The notes under the pieces: model-generated
What the model was told of the DNA's origin: nothing
Databases searched by the model: none
Seen by the model: only the letters and a program-made list of their open reading frames with translations
Virus record (IMG/VR): IMGVR_UViG_3300047546_001733
Span: 1 to 64,000 of that record
Strand: one strand, 5' to 3'
From: a virus
DNA: 64,000 nt
Translations under genes and position numbers: made by a program
Shown: positions 1 to 9,121 of the stretch, in pieces
Layout: every line of letters starts with the position of its first letter
How positions within the stretch are numbered: the first letter of the stretch is position 1

Positions 1-134
1 AGGCTTTGAAGTATTGTAGTGCGGTCTACGACTTTGTAACGCAGTAAACGCTTTCCCTCTGCTTCCCCTTGAAAAAGTGGGAGGTAGGGGGTAGGGGGTC
101 CCCCTCCCCGCTCCGTAAGAAAACCCCCACGCCA

Positions 135-371
135 TTACTGGCTGGGGGCTTCTTTGTAGTGTAAAGGGTAGCGATTACGAAACCACTCCATATACGCAAG
201 AGCCATATGAAACATCATGTAGTCGTAGGCTTCATCGCCAATGAACGAAGTTGAATCTACATCCTTATCCGTGTTGAAGTAGATTTCGCTGTTGTGCTCG
301 TGAACCATACGGTGGAGAGTGTTGAAACATTCCCCACCGTAGATTTCTGGCATCTGAATCTTATTCATCAC
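135..371 (-). CDS. hypothetical phage protein
   Basis: ORF overlapping the stop of 368..637; ends just before a repeat copy. Confidence 0.7.
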   Translation of the reverse strand: MMNKIQMPEIYGGECFNTLHRMVHEHNSEIYFNTDKDVDSTSFIGDEAYDYMMFHMALAYMEWFRNRYPLHYKEAPSQ

Positions 372-637
372 GCCAACACCTTTGACAACAACGACACAGG
401 AGTCATGTCCGAGAACAAACCATGGAAGTGAGCAAACTTACCAAACGAACCATACTCACCACGGAAGCGTTCGGCAACCAAGTGCATCAACGTCTGGTCA
501 ATCTTTTTCTCGTACCAGTGACCCGAGTTCTTGAAACGAACCACAATCGTGTTCTGGTCGGGAATCAACGCAACACGGTCAACAGCCGACGAACGGTCAT
601 TCGAAACATTCACAATTACAGTCTTCATAAAAGTCAT
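368..637 (-). CDS. KTSC-domain-like protein
   Basis: SSAVDRV...IVVRFKNSGHWY...GSFGKF resembles the KTSC pattern SS-I..V-F..G..Y...S-G-YF; AAGGAG RBS and own promoter. Confidence 0.55.
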   Translation of the reverse strand: MTFMKTVIVNVSNDRSSAVDRVALIPDQNTIVVRFKNSGHWYEKKIDQTLMHLVAERFRGEYGSFGKFAHFHGLFSDMTPVSLLSKVLA

Positions 638-663
638 TCTCCTTAATTAAGATTACTCTGTAA

Positions 664-692
664 GTATACCACACAATCAAACTCTTGTCAAG
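664..692 (-). promoter_or_regulatory. sigma70-type promoter
   Basis: Minus strand TTGACA-17 bp (ending TGTGG)-TATACT. Confidence 0.85.
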
Positions 693-695
693 CCC

Positions 696-923
696 CTAAT
701 AATCTTCGCCGTCATCTTCAGCAACATACTCAATCTTCATCGTCACAAACTTGTCGTACAACATCACAAGTGTGCGAGCCTGTCTGACCAAGTGTGGCAA
801 AGCCATAGCCTCGTACCCACTCCAGTCCACAGTACGTGTGTCAACTGCGTCCATCAACTTCTCAACACAAATCTCAAGGTCATGGCTAGTGTTCTCAAAC
901 GCGCAATACGATAATGTAGGCAA
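696..923 (-). CDS. hypothetical protein, acidic C-terminus
   Basis: GAGGAGG RBS, TTG start, TGnTATAAT upstream at ~955. Confidence 0.75.
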   Translation of the reverse strand: MPTLSYCAFENTSHDLEICVEKLMDAVDTRTVDWSGYEAMALPHLVRQARTLVMLYDKFVTMKIEYVAEDDGEDY

Positions 924-1036
924 CTCAACACCTCCTCTTCATTACTACTCTTAGATTATAGCACAGAATAACAGAGCGTGCATTAAAATAAGATGAGAGA
1001 TTAGGGGGTAGGGGGTGCCCCTCCCCCGCCCATACG

Positions 1037-1072
1037 AAAACCCCCACCGAGGATGGTGGGGGCTTCTTTTTT
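1037..1072. terminator. bidirectional intrinsic terminator
   Basis: AAAA-CCCCCACC-loop-GGTGGGGG-CTTCTTTTTT. Confidence 0.65.
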
Positions 1073-1074
1073 AT

Positions 1075-1296
1075 TTATCGAATGATTGTTGCTTTAATAT
1101 TATGCTTTAACAGGAAGTCAATGATACCAAAGTAGTTTTCGTTTTCAAGAAGTTCGGTGAACTCGTCGTCGTATTCAGTGGGTATCGTTTCCATGTCGAA
1201 CACCACGATACTGTCATAGATAGGTCCGCAGTTACCATCAGAAGCCACGTAGAAAGAAAACTCGCCGTTAATCTCAATGGTCTGTATGTTACTCAT
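1075..1296 (-). CDS. hypothetical protein
   Basis: GGAGA RBS; 4-nt overlap with upstream gene. Confidence 0.75.
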   Translation of the reverse strand: MSNIQTIEINGEFSFYVASDGNCGPIYDSIVVFDMETIPTEYDDEFTELLENENYFGIIDFLLKHNIKATIIR

Positions 1297-1565
1297 ATTC
1301 TCTCCAAATATAAATTACCGCCGACAACTACCAAGTGTAACTGATACGGCTGTAATAACTCATTAATCTCATCCAGCATATCATCAACCACATAGACTAT
1401 AGCACCGAGCTGGGTTTCGTCGTCTAATTTAAACTCTGGTTTTACAAACTTACTATAGAACGAATATTGTTTCCAGTACCACTGGTAACTGCCAAGATTA
1501 TCTCCCAGCAGTACCAGTGTCGGGTTAGTACGGAACGAACGAACCAAATCAGTTATTGTCTTCAA
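1293..1565 (-). CDS. hypothetical protein
   Basis: Middle gene of a three-gene overlapping cassette. Confidence 0.65.
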   Translation of the reverse strand: MKTITDLVRSFRTNPTLVLLGDNLGSYQWYWKQYSFYSKFVKPEFKLDDETQLGAIVYVVDDMLDEINELLQPYQLHLVVVGGNLYLERI

Positions 1566-1998
1566 CGGATTCCTCTGGCGTGTCTAGCATAGTGAGAAAC
1601 TTGCTAATCTTGTAAACTGATTCATACGAACCATCACGCATCAAGTAGCAAAGACACATCCAAAACGACTCAAATCGCACACTCAACTCACGCAATTCTT
1701 CGATGTAATCATCCTTGTATATTGCCTCCGTAATGAGACTGGTCATTGACCAAAACAGAATATTCTCTTTCTTTGGTGTTTCCGGCTTGTCTTCAGTCTC
1801 GTTTACTTCCTCGATGATAGTTTCGATGTCGTCGCCGAGAGAATCAACATCACGCTCCCACTGACGAATGTTAGAAAGTACATCATTGATGTAGTCTACA
1901 GCAGACTCAAGGTCACTGTAATCAAAACTCTGATACAACTCACGAGCCTTGCCCTTGACAACTTCCAAGTCACCAGCAAACTTCTTAATGTCGCTCAT
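1549..1998 (-). CDS. hypothetical acidic coiled-coil protein
   Basis: GAGGAG RBS before ATG at 1998 (MSDIKK); TTGACA..TGTGGTATACT promoter at ~2031-2059. Confidence 0.75.
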   Translation of the reverse strand: MSDIKKFAGDLEVVKGKARELYQSFDYSDLESAVDYINDVLSNIRQWERDVDSLGDDIETIIEEVNETEDKPETPKKENILFWSMTSLITEAIYKDDYIEELRELSVRFESFWMCLCYLMRDGSYESVYKISKFLTMLDTPEESVEDNN

Positions 1999-2048
1999 AA
2001 CGCTCCTCATATAATCATTACTACTCTGTTAGTATACCACAGGTCGGA

Positions 2049-2300
2049 CTACTTGTCAAGCAACGGTGCTTTGAATACCTTCATCTGTTTCTCATGCAAC
2101 TTCTCGTAATGCTTCTGGTTATCCATATCCATTACCGAGATGTCGTGAGCGTAGACGCTTCCAGCCTCTTCAGCCCAACCGAACACGAAACACAAAGGGG
2201 TAGCCGTGTTGACTTGTCCGATAATCTTCGCATACCAACCACCGTACCAAACCCAGTCGCCCTTTTTGAATCCCAGTGCCTTCGCAGTTTTGTTACTCAC
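2049..2300 (-). CDS. hypothetical protein (SH3/KOW-like FKKGDWV start)
   Basis: AAGGA RBS, GTG start, TGCTATAAT upstream. Confidence 0.7.
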   Translation of the reverse strand: MSNKTAKALGFKKGDWVWYGGWYAKIIGQVNTATPLCFVFGWAEEAGSVYAHDISVMDMDNQKHYEKLHEKQMKVFKAPLLDK

Positions 2301-2433
2301 GTTCGTTTCCTTTCTTCTTGACTACCTTTGTATTATAGCACGGAATTGCAGGTAATACATTAAAGCCAGATGAGAATTTAGGGGGTAGGGGGTGCCCCAG
2401 CCCCGAGGGCTTCGAAAAGCCCCCGGGATATAC

Positions 2434-2820
2434 CTAGGGTTGCACACGCTCAAGACATAACAACAACTGATAACCACGTCGTATGAAGTAATAATTGATA
2501 CCATACGTACCTGTATTTGGTCGCCATTCCATAAGGTACTTATACGCCTCGGCTTCCACAATCGCATACTTCACATGGTCTGCCTGTGACGCAAAAGACA
2601 CATCATTTAAAATCTCAAACATAATGGGCTGTGGTAGCATACGCAACAGAGAAACCCACGCAATAGCATACCAGTCGTGATGCGGGAGGACATGGTCTTC
2701 GTGTAACCCAAACTCTCGAATAACAACACCCGTGTGTCCATTGTCAAATACTTCAACATTGTTACCTGTATACAAATCATGTGCATACGCAAACAACTCA
2801 CAGTTAGTCCAAATACTCAT
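2434..2820 (-). CDS. hypothetical protein
   Basis: AAGGAG RBS, TGGTATACT upstream. Confidence 0.75.
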   Translation of the reverse strand: MSIWTNCELFAYAHDLYTGNNVEVFDNGHTGVVIREFGLHEDHVLPHHDWYAIAWVSLLRMLPQPIMFEILNDVSFASQADHVKYAIVEAEAYKYLMEWRPNTGTYGINYYFIRRGYQLLLCLERVQP

Positions 2821-3013
2821 AATAACTCCTTACTTACTAATCCTTACTTAGTATACCACATTTGAATTGTAAAATCAAGTTTTAAATTTTGAATTTTGAA
2901 TTTTAGTTTATGGAGTTTTTTTTTGATAGTTTTTTTTTCTCATCTACTTTTAATGTTATTCTGGTAGTTTCTGTGGTATACTAAGAATGTAGTCGAAGAG
3001 AGGAGATTTTTAC

Positions 3014-3508
3014 ATGAGCACTTTTGATTTGAAGACGTGGCAAGACCGACAGAAGTTTATCTATCAGGTGGGGCTTAATCATCGCATTGTACTGGGTAAT
3101 GAGTTTGAGCGGAAGTTTCGTGAAGTAGTCGCAGTCGTAACTACCGCAGACTCTGGTGAACCGAATACGTATGACCACATCTGGAGTTACGGTCAGTTTT
3201 CTGATTATCCTATGTGGAATGCTCGGGCTGTGATTCGCTCTGTACTTGAGAGTAATTCGTTGAGATACTTCATTGTGTACCAGACAAGCATAACAGAGCC
3301 GACACAGAACGAAGTAGACTGGTTGCGCCGTATTGCACGAATAGGCTGGGGTTTGGGTCTTCATATGCAGGACGTGGTACGCTTGACTTACGACAATCAC
3401 CTACCAATGTTCAGCCCCAATTATGAACCCAACATGGAATCACAGTTATGGAATGACACACCACTTTGGAAAGCAATCAATACTAAATTAACGGCGGTGG
3501 CAGAATGA
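3014..3508 (+). CDS. hypothetical protein (inverted cassette)
   Basis: GAGGAGA RBS; TGTGGTATACT at 2972-2982 on plus strand. Confidence 0.8.
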   Translation: MSTFDLKTWQDRQKFIYQVGLNHRIVLGNEFERKFREVVAVVTTADSGEPNTYDHIWSYGQFSDYPMWNARAVIRSVLESNSLRYFIVYQTSITEPTQNEVDWLRRIARIGWGLGLHMQDVVRLTYDNHLPMFSPNYEPNMESQLWNDTPLWKAINTKLTAVAE

Positions 3509-3714
3509 AAGATTCATTTGTATTTAACGTGCTTGTGTTCGCAGACAAGGAATGGTATATCTACACACAGTGTGATAGTGCACGGTATGCGGAAAAGTGT
3601 TTGGCTCGATTTATTGAGGAAACTCCCCGCAATCAATATCACTCAACGCTGATTACCTTCCTACCACGAAGTGACCGATTACATTCATGGGACTTCTATC
3701 GCCACTGGGAGTAG
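3505..3714 (+). CDS. hypothetical protein (inverted cassette)
   Basis: ATGA overlap with 3014..3508. Confidence 0.7.
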   Translation: MKDSFVFNVLVFADKEWYIYTQCDSARYAEKCLARFIEETPRNQYHSTLITFLPRSDRLHSWDFYRHWE

Positions 3715-3826
3715 TCCCGCATCTCAAAAAAAAAATTAATACGGAGCACCCCATATACCTAAGTGCGGGGTGTTCTGTATTAATTAGGGGCAGGGGGTCC
3801 CCCTACCCCCAAAAAAAGCCTTGACC

Positions 3827-4114
3827 CTATGGATTATCCATAGAGTCAAAGGTTTTGCTCATCGCTTTTTGCATCAGTTCGGAATACAGGGCAACACGTT
3901 TGTCAAGGTTGGCTTGCCACATATCTTCCGTTTCTTGGGCACGAATACGCACCGCACGCCACAACTCAACGAATTGCTGATATTGATGCAAGTCTTGAAA
4001 CTGTGAATCTGGGTCTTGCAACTTCTGCGCTTGCTCCATGAAGTGAATCATCATAGATTCAAGCATACGTTGTGCGTTCTTAACCAACATCTGAAAGTCT
4101 TGTTCATTATTCAT
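3827..4114 (-). CDS. hypothetical helical protein
   Basis: GGGAGA RBS; overlaps upstream gene. Confidence 0.7.
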   Translation of the reverse strand: MNNEQDFQMLVKNAQRMLESMMIHFMEQAQKLQDPDSQFQDLHQYQQFVELWRAVRIRAQETEDMWQANLDKRVALYSELMQKAMSKTFDSMDNP

Positions 4115-4385
4115 CGTTGAAGCTTCTCCCTAATTGAAAAAGAATGTCAATGTACTGCGTGAACTCGTTAATTTCTTCTCGTGTCTGGTATGGCTCGCTT
4201 GGCTTCAAGTCTGGGCACTCACGCAAGAAGTTTGGACCATCACAGTCTTCCTCAAGGTATACATAATCACTATCGTGAACACTGAACACGGAAGGAATGA
4301 AGTATACCGTGTTGAATACTGACCACGGAACACGTAAGAATCCATGACCGTCTGTACTTAACCACATCGCATTGTACTCTTGCAT
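4107..4385 (-). CDS. conserved-looking phage protein (DGHGFLRV...YLEEDCD)
   Basis: GAGGAG RBS, TGGTATAAT promoter; D.GHG(W/F)L.V and YLEEDCD motifs recur in phage hypotheticals. Confidence 0.75.
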   Translation of the reverse strand: MQEYNAMWLSTDGHGFLRVPWSVFNTVYFIPSVFSVHDSDYVYLEEDCDGPNFLRECPDLKPSEPYQTREEINEFTQYIDILFQLGRSFNDE

Positions 4386-4578
4386 CGCACTCTCCTCTTC
4401 TTGACTACATATGTATTATACCACGGAATCTATTATCTGTACATTAGTAACTAATGAGAATCAGGTGGGGGTAGGGGGACCCCCTACCCCCTAAACCCAA
4501 AAACCGATTATGATTTTTGGATTTTTAATTTTTTCCATTTTTCAATTTTTTGATTTTTGGATTTAGGGGTGGTGTATT

Positions 4579-5301
4579 TTAGTGGTAATTGAAACCGATA
4601 ACCCGAGGAGTTTCGAGACTTGGTAATGATGCAGGTGAACACAGCATACATTCAGCGCATTTAACTCGCCCCTTCGTAATCTGATTTGGACACGTTACAA
4701 GTTTAACAGCACCGAGTTGTTCGCTTGTCGGCTTGTTCTTTACATTAATAACCAATGTTGTCATCCAGCCTAACCAGCGGGCATGATGCACTTCGTCGAC
4801 AGTGTCACAGGAAGCCATAAACCACTTTTTGAGTGGTTGCACTGCATCGTAACGCCACCCATGAGTGTACCCGATACTCTTTACACCGACAGCGTCAAGT
4901 TGCTCACACGCCCACACTTGTGCGTTGATGTATTCAACACTTGGGGCGTCATTGTCAAATACATCACCTGATACGTGCCAACGTATGGTATCAATACGCT
5001 TTGCTTGTGTAACGCCTTTACCTTTCTCAAGAGCACGCAGGTCAAGAAACTTTTTGACAGCAACACGTAACTTTAGACCATCAACAATACCGGCTTTTTC
5101 TTGGTGAATGTTTGTGCGCCCCTTTTTGGTGTAGCACGTTGACACACGCCCAAACTTTGTACGCTTTTCGAGTGCATACTCATTAGGATTAGGATGCAAC
5201 ATACAAGAGCGGGGGCATGATACACCTGTTTCATTGTACGTAACAGCAACGTTCTTACCTGTGGTCAATTTGCGGTCACCGCTTTGCATTACAAACTTCA
5301 T
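4579..5301 (-). CDS. Cys-rich GP88-like / radical-SAM-related protein
   Basis: CPRSC...CY, IRWHVSGD, GYTH, C-terminal CPNQ..CAECMLC; GGAGG RBS before ATG 5301. Confidence 0.55.
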   Translation of the reverse strand: MKFVMQSGDRKLTTGKNVAVTYNETGVSCPRSCMLHPNPNEYALEKRTKFGRVSTCYTKKGRTNIHQEKAGIVDGLKLRVAVKKFLDLRALEKGKGVTQAKRIDTIRWHVSGDVFDNDAPSVEYINAQVWACEQLDAVGVKSIGYTHGWRYDAVQPLKKWFMASCDTVDEVHHARWLGWMTTLVINVKNKPTSEQLGAVKLVTCPNQITKGRVKCAECMLCSPASLPSLETPRVIGFNYH

Positions 5302-5488
5302 AACATCCTCCATCACTTGATTACATCTTATTATAGCACAGATTATCATTAAGTAGTATGAGAATTAGATTAGAGCACGGTAGTCTATAATAGTATATAC
5401 GAAAATTGCATATTTGCAAATACCTAAGTGCTAAGTAATTGAGCAGTAGGGGGTAGGGGGTCCCCCTGCCCCTGATAACCCGCCCACT

Positions 5489-5866
5489 CTATACATCATC
5501 GTATAGAGTAGGTAGATTACGGAGGATTTCAAAGCCGTTCGCCAACTTAGTTAAGGCACGCCCGATTTGGTCGGCTCGAACGTATTGGTCTTTTCCTAAA
5601 TCTTTCATGTCAGTTAACAAACTAGATTCAGCCTGTTGTACAGCACGGAGTAGATTGTTACCGACTCCCTTGAGATTCTCCTCAAAGTATACCCAATAGG
5701 AAGTAGGCTCACCAGCAAACTCGTATTGTGTTGCACAGATGCGAATCTCATCACGCTCAAATACTTCAATCATCTGTAACTCGCCACGCATTACAATCCA
5801 AAGGGAACGGCGTTCCTCGGCTGTCAGTTGTGGTATCAATTCCCGAATCTGTGTACTTGCGTTCAT
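5489..5866 (-). CDS. hypothetical protein
   Basis: Likely start MNASTQ at 5866 (GAGGA RBS), 1 nt after stop of 5868..6029. Confidence 0.7.
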   Translation of the reverse strand: MNASTQIRELIPQLTAEERRSLWIVMRGELQMIEVFERDEIRICATQYEFAGEPTSYWVYFEENLKGVGNNLLRAVQQAESSLLTDMKDLGKDQYVRADQIGRALTKLANGFEILRNLPTLYDDV

Positions 5867-5867
5867 A

Positions 5868-6029
5868 CTAGTCCTCACTTTCATAAGGTCTGCGTAATCC
5901 GTTCTCGTCAAACAACCTATCGTAACACGAACCACACACGTTAATGTCCCGCTGTGCATAGATTACTAAAATAATTTCTTCAGACCACTGTTCAATACCA
6001 CACTCTTCACAAAACTGCGTTTCTTCCAT
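5868..6029 (-). CDS. 53-aa CxxC...CxxC zinc-ribbon microprotein
   Basis: Hand translation MEETQFCEECG...VCGSCYD...; GAGGAG RBS just downstream of the mini-tmRNA. Confidence 0.7.
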   Translation of the reverse strand: MEETQFCEECGIEQWSEEIILVIYAQRDINVCGSCYDRLFDENGLRRPYESED

Positions 6030-6051
6030 CTTGCTCTCCTCTTATTAATAA

Positions 6052-6184
6052 TGGTGGAGATGGGCGGAATTGAACCGCCGTCCAAAACTCGGTGCGTCAC
6101 TTAAGACGACGGACTTTCACGTCTTTCCATGGGCAGTTATCGCTACTCGTCCATGCCGAACCTTGTCGATACCATGTCATCCCC
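6052..6184 (-). ncRNA. ssrA: mini-tmRNA (133 nt; intact tRNA-like domain, greatly reduced mRNA-like domain)
   Basis: 5' GGGGAUG pairs with CAUCUCC-ACCA with G3.U70; stemless D-loop ACAUGGUAUCGAC; 9-bp H2 helix; GGAC-GGCGG-UUCAAUU-CCGCC T-arm; own TGnTATAAT promoter at 6195-6203. Confidence 0.9.
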
Positions 6185-6281
6185 TTACTCTCTTATTATA
6201 ACACAGACCACACCAAAGTAAAATGAGAATCAGATGAGAGGTTTAGGGGGTAGGGGGTCCCCCTGCCCCGCTGTAAACCAT

Positions 6282-6611
6282 TTACAGCAGGGACTTAATT
6301 GCATCTCGTGCAATTTTTAATTGGTTAGGGTCTATTGTTAATTGCCCGCTGAAGTCGTGTATAAAAACCCGCACAGTGTAATTAGCATACAGTTGATTAT
6401 ATATACAGTAAGTAACATCTTTAGCATATGACTTACCGTGGCAAATTTCAGCAACGACACCAGAGATACGCAATATTCTAATATCCTTGCCAACATAACT
6501 AATAATAGCGTGTTCGATTGCTTCTAACTCTGTCGGTCGTGATGCACTCGGAATTATTTCAGAGTAAACACCATTTTTGTTTGTATAAATTGAAGCACTA
6601 AAATATGACAT
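6282..6611 (-). CDS. hypothetical protein
   Basis: Second gene of cassette; stop lies in the TGTAAA palindrome. Confidence 0.7.
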   Translation of the reverse strand: MSYFSASIYTNKNGVYSEIIPSASRPTELEAIEHAIISYVGKDIRILRISGVVAEICHGKSYAKDVTYCIYNQLYANYTVRVFIHDFSGQLTIDPNQLKIARDAIKSLL

Positions 6612-6614
6612 ACT

Positions 6615-6911
6615 CTATTCCTCTTCTGTTACTGTGATAAGATGGTCGGGGTATACTGTGCATTGTAAACAATCGCAACCGCAACAATCAGAGGTATCTA
6701 CCTCGATGCTCTTACCACGGCGATACCCATACATGAAGATAACGCACTCACGAGCCGAGCCGGTGAAATAGCCGTAATCAGAAAAGTAATCGTGCTCGTC
6801 GTTCTTTTTCATGATACGGTAGCGCACTTTTCCATCACCTGGGCTATACGTCTTGACCATCAATGTCGGATGTCCGTTCATCATCATCATCAATTCACGC
6901 TTGGCGTTCAT
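6615..6911 (-). CDS. hypothetical protein with Cys-rich tail
   Basis: GAGGA RBS, TGGTATAAT promoter; TYSPGDGKVRYR motif and CCGCDCLQC. Confidence 0.75.
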   Translation of the reverse strand: MNAKRELMMMMNGHPTLMVKTYSPGDGKVRYRIMKKNDEHDYFSDYGYFTGSARECVIFMYGYRRGKSIEVDTSDCCGCDCLQCTVYPDHLITVTEEE

Positions 6912-7018
6912 CGTGTTCCTCTTTCTCTCGATTACATATGTATTATACCATGGATTTTTGAATTTTAAAATGAGAATTAGATGAGAGGTTTAGGGGGTAG
7001 GGGGTCCCCCTGCCCCGC

Positions 7019-7258
7019 CTACTCCCACTCTAATGTGTTAGTGGCAGGGTTGAAGTACCGAATTGTTTCGCCCCACTCCATACGTGAAATAGGACGTTTC
7101 AACGGGCAAGAAATGCGATACCGACCATCTTGCATCTTACGGACACTAAAGTCACGCAAGCGTTGACCAAAGAATTTCATTGTTTTGCGGTCAAAGAAGT
7201 ACGGTTCATTCTCTGCTACAAGGTACTTAATGCGGTAGATTGTCATGCGTTGTGCCAT
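7019..7258 (-). CDS. conserved phage protein (YFFDRKTMKFFG motif)
   Basis: AAGGAG RBS before ATG 7258; motif typical of phage early hypotheticals. Confidence 0.8.
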   Translation of the reverse strand: MAQRMTIYRIKYLVAENEPYFFDRKTMKFFGQRLRDFSVRKMQDGRYRISCPLKRPISRMEWGETIRYFNPATNTLEWE

Positions 7259-7456
7259 GTTGTTCTCCTTCACTTGATTACAATTTATTATAGCATAGAT
7301 TTTTGAATTTTAAAATGAGAATTAGGTGAGAGATTTAGGGGGTAGGGGGTCCCCCTGCCCCCACTGTAAAACTACAGCAGGGTCACGACTAGTACGACCA
7401 AAAGATAACGACAAGCAATACAGTAAAGATAATAAATCCGCCCATGCTATTCTCCT

Positions 7457-7651
7457 CTAGAATGGTAATTCACCATCAGAATACGGCTCAAAGTCACCAC
7501 TCACATCCTCATCAAACTCTTCTCGTAGCCAATCCATCAATTCACCAGAAGACTGCTCAAACTCATCCGCTTGCTGTTCCATCAGGAAGTCATGCAATTC
7601 CTCGTCAGAGTATGATGCACGGAGCAGATGAAGATTAGCCAAGTTAGTCAT
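7457..7651 (-). CDS. very acidic 64-aa protein (possible nucleic-acid mimic)
   Basis: AAGGAG RBS; D/E-rich, ends ELPF. Confidence 0.75.
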   Translation of the reverse strand: MTNLANLHLLRASYSDEELHDFLMEQQADEFEQSSGELMDWLREEFDEDVSGDFEPYSDGELPF

Positions 7652-7765
7652 AACATTCTCCTTCTCTTGATTACATCTTATTATATCACGGATTCTTTAA
7701 TTTTAAAATGAGAATTAGATAAGAGGCTTAGGGGGTAGGGGGGTCCCCCTGCCCCCAGAAAAAGT

Positions 7766-7960
7766 CTATGCTGTTCGTGGTACAGCACGCTTCTCTGGAA
7801 TTTCAATTTCAATTTCTGGATTGTTTTTCACGGTTTTCAAAATTTGTTTTACGATACGCCGTGCGGAACGCGTCTCGTGTGTAATAATATCCTCGCCGTG
7901 TTTTTTCTGTCGGTTGAGTCGATACCGACATTGAATACAGAAACACGTTACAATTTTCAT
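7766..7960 (-). CDS. basic CxCxxC microprotein
   Basis: AGGAG RBS. Confidence 0.7.
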   Translation of the reverse strand: MKIVTCFCIQCRYRLNRQKKHGEDIITHETRSARRIVKQILKTVKNNPEIEIEIPEKRAVPRTA

Positions 7961-7969
7961 TTTTAACTC

Positions 7970-8137
7970 CTACCGTTTCACCAAGGGGCGAACACTGACA
8001 ATAGTAGCCCCCTGAGTAAGTAACCGTTTGAGGATGATGTTTGCGTTGTTATGGTCAAGTGCACGGTCGGGTGTTGGGTTTGTCGTTACCACATGATTCA
8101 GACCTAACCAAATAAACTTAATACGTGTCTTGTGCAT
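7970..8137 (-). CDS. 55-aa hypothetical protein
   Basis: Hand translation MHKTRIKFIWLG...PLVKR; AAGGAG RBS; promoter at ~8170; weak similarity to 9809..10015. Confidence 0.7.
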   Translation of the reverse strand: MHKTRIKFIWLGLNHVVTTNPTPDRALDHNNANIILKRLLTQGATIVSVRPLVKR

Positions 8138-8292
8138 ATCGTGCGCTCCTTCTCTTGATTACACTTTATTATAACATTGATTTTTCAATTTTAGTATTAA
8201 AATTAGATAAGAAATCTGCATTTTTGCAAATATATAAGTGCTAGTAAATTGAACGAGGGGGCAGGGGGACCCCCTACCCCCTACCGTAGCGA

Positions 8293-8568
8293 TTACACAG
8301 CGCATCCGGTACAGAGTCGTTCTCCAAAACGTGCATATGCTTCAGGTGACAAGTCAGTGAGTTCACCACAACGGACACACTCACCATACAGTACCATTGT
8401 CGCACGCAGTTTCTGGTACTCCTCGCTCGCTTTTTTCTCCGCTTCCGCAGAGATTAATGGAGCGTGTAATCCTACACCACTGCGATAAGCATTTGCATCA
8501 AACCCATGAGGATTGCGAAAAATCCGCCGAGTAATTGACCGATTCATTCGCCATGTACGTTTACCCAT
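8293..8568 (-). CDS. basic protein with C-terminal CxxC...CxxC
   Basis: Likely start MGKR at 8568; CVRC/CTGC. Confidence 0.7.
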   Translation of the reverse strand: MGKRTWRMNRSITRRIFRNPHGFDANAYRSGVGLHAPLISAEAEKKASEEYQKLRATMVLYGECVRCGELTDLSPEAYARFGERLCTGCAV

Positions 8569-8673
8569 AACACATCCTTTCCTACATATGTAGTATACCA
8601 CAGATTACCTCTTTTTTACATTAAAGTAACATGAGAGTTGTAGGGGGTAGGGGGTGACCCACGCATGAAGACA

Positions 8674-8862
8674 CTACTGAGTAAAGTCTTCTGGGCTTGG
8701 CTCGTGCACACTAAGAAAAGAAAAAGCCTCGTCCATATCATCAAAAAATTCTTCTAGTTCTAATCCACATGAAGCGCAACAATCCCACGCACTACCATCA
8801 CCAAATGTAATACCGCAGTGCAAACAAGTAAAATTAACGCCCGGTATTTCTACAGTGGTCAT
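8674..8862 (-). CDS. CxxC...CxxC acidic microprotein
   Basis: GGGAGA RBS; CLHC/CASC. Confidence 0.7.
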   Translation of the reverse strand: MTTVEIPGVNFTCLHCGITFGDGSAWDCCASCGLELEEFFDDMDEAFSFLSVHEPSPEDFTQ

Positions 8863-8872
8863 ACTTCTCTCC

Positions 8873-8956
8873 CTACTTCCACATCAAATAAATAAAAATG
8901 ACAAATAACGGTTTAATCAGCAGTAGCAACACAATCGCAGTTGAAAGTAGTAGCAC
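8873..8956 (-). CDS. 27-aa single-TM peptide (paralog of 13409..13492)
   Basis: MLLLSTAIVLLLLIKPLFVIFIYLMWK; AAGGAG RBS; conserved paralog. Confidence 0.75.
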   Translation of the reverse strand: MLLLSTAIVLLLLIKPLFVIFIYLMWK

Positions 8957-9121
8957 AGTGACTCCTTTACTTGATTACAATTTATTATAACACAGGTTTA
9001 CTGGGGATTATATGAGAAATAGATAAGAGGCAACTCGCAATAACGCAAATAACTAAGTGCGGGGTTTTTGGTCGATAAGGGGGTAGGGGGTCCCCCTACC
9101 CCCTAGTGTAAAGACTTTACA

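Noticed and set aside
4500-4565. Repeated ATTTTT tracts (also ~2880-2940 and ~14070-14150)
   Set aside because: Period of about 7-8 bp is not helical phasing; treated as low-complexity spacer or terminator tail.
9079-9103. Intramolecular G-quadruplex role for the G-rich repeat
   Set aside because: Only two G5 runs per strand, each with a perfect C5 complement, so a hairpin or cruciform is favoured.
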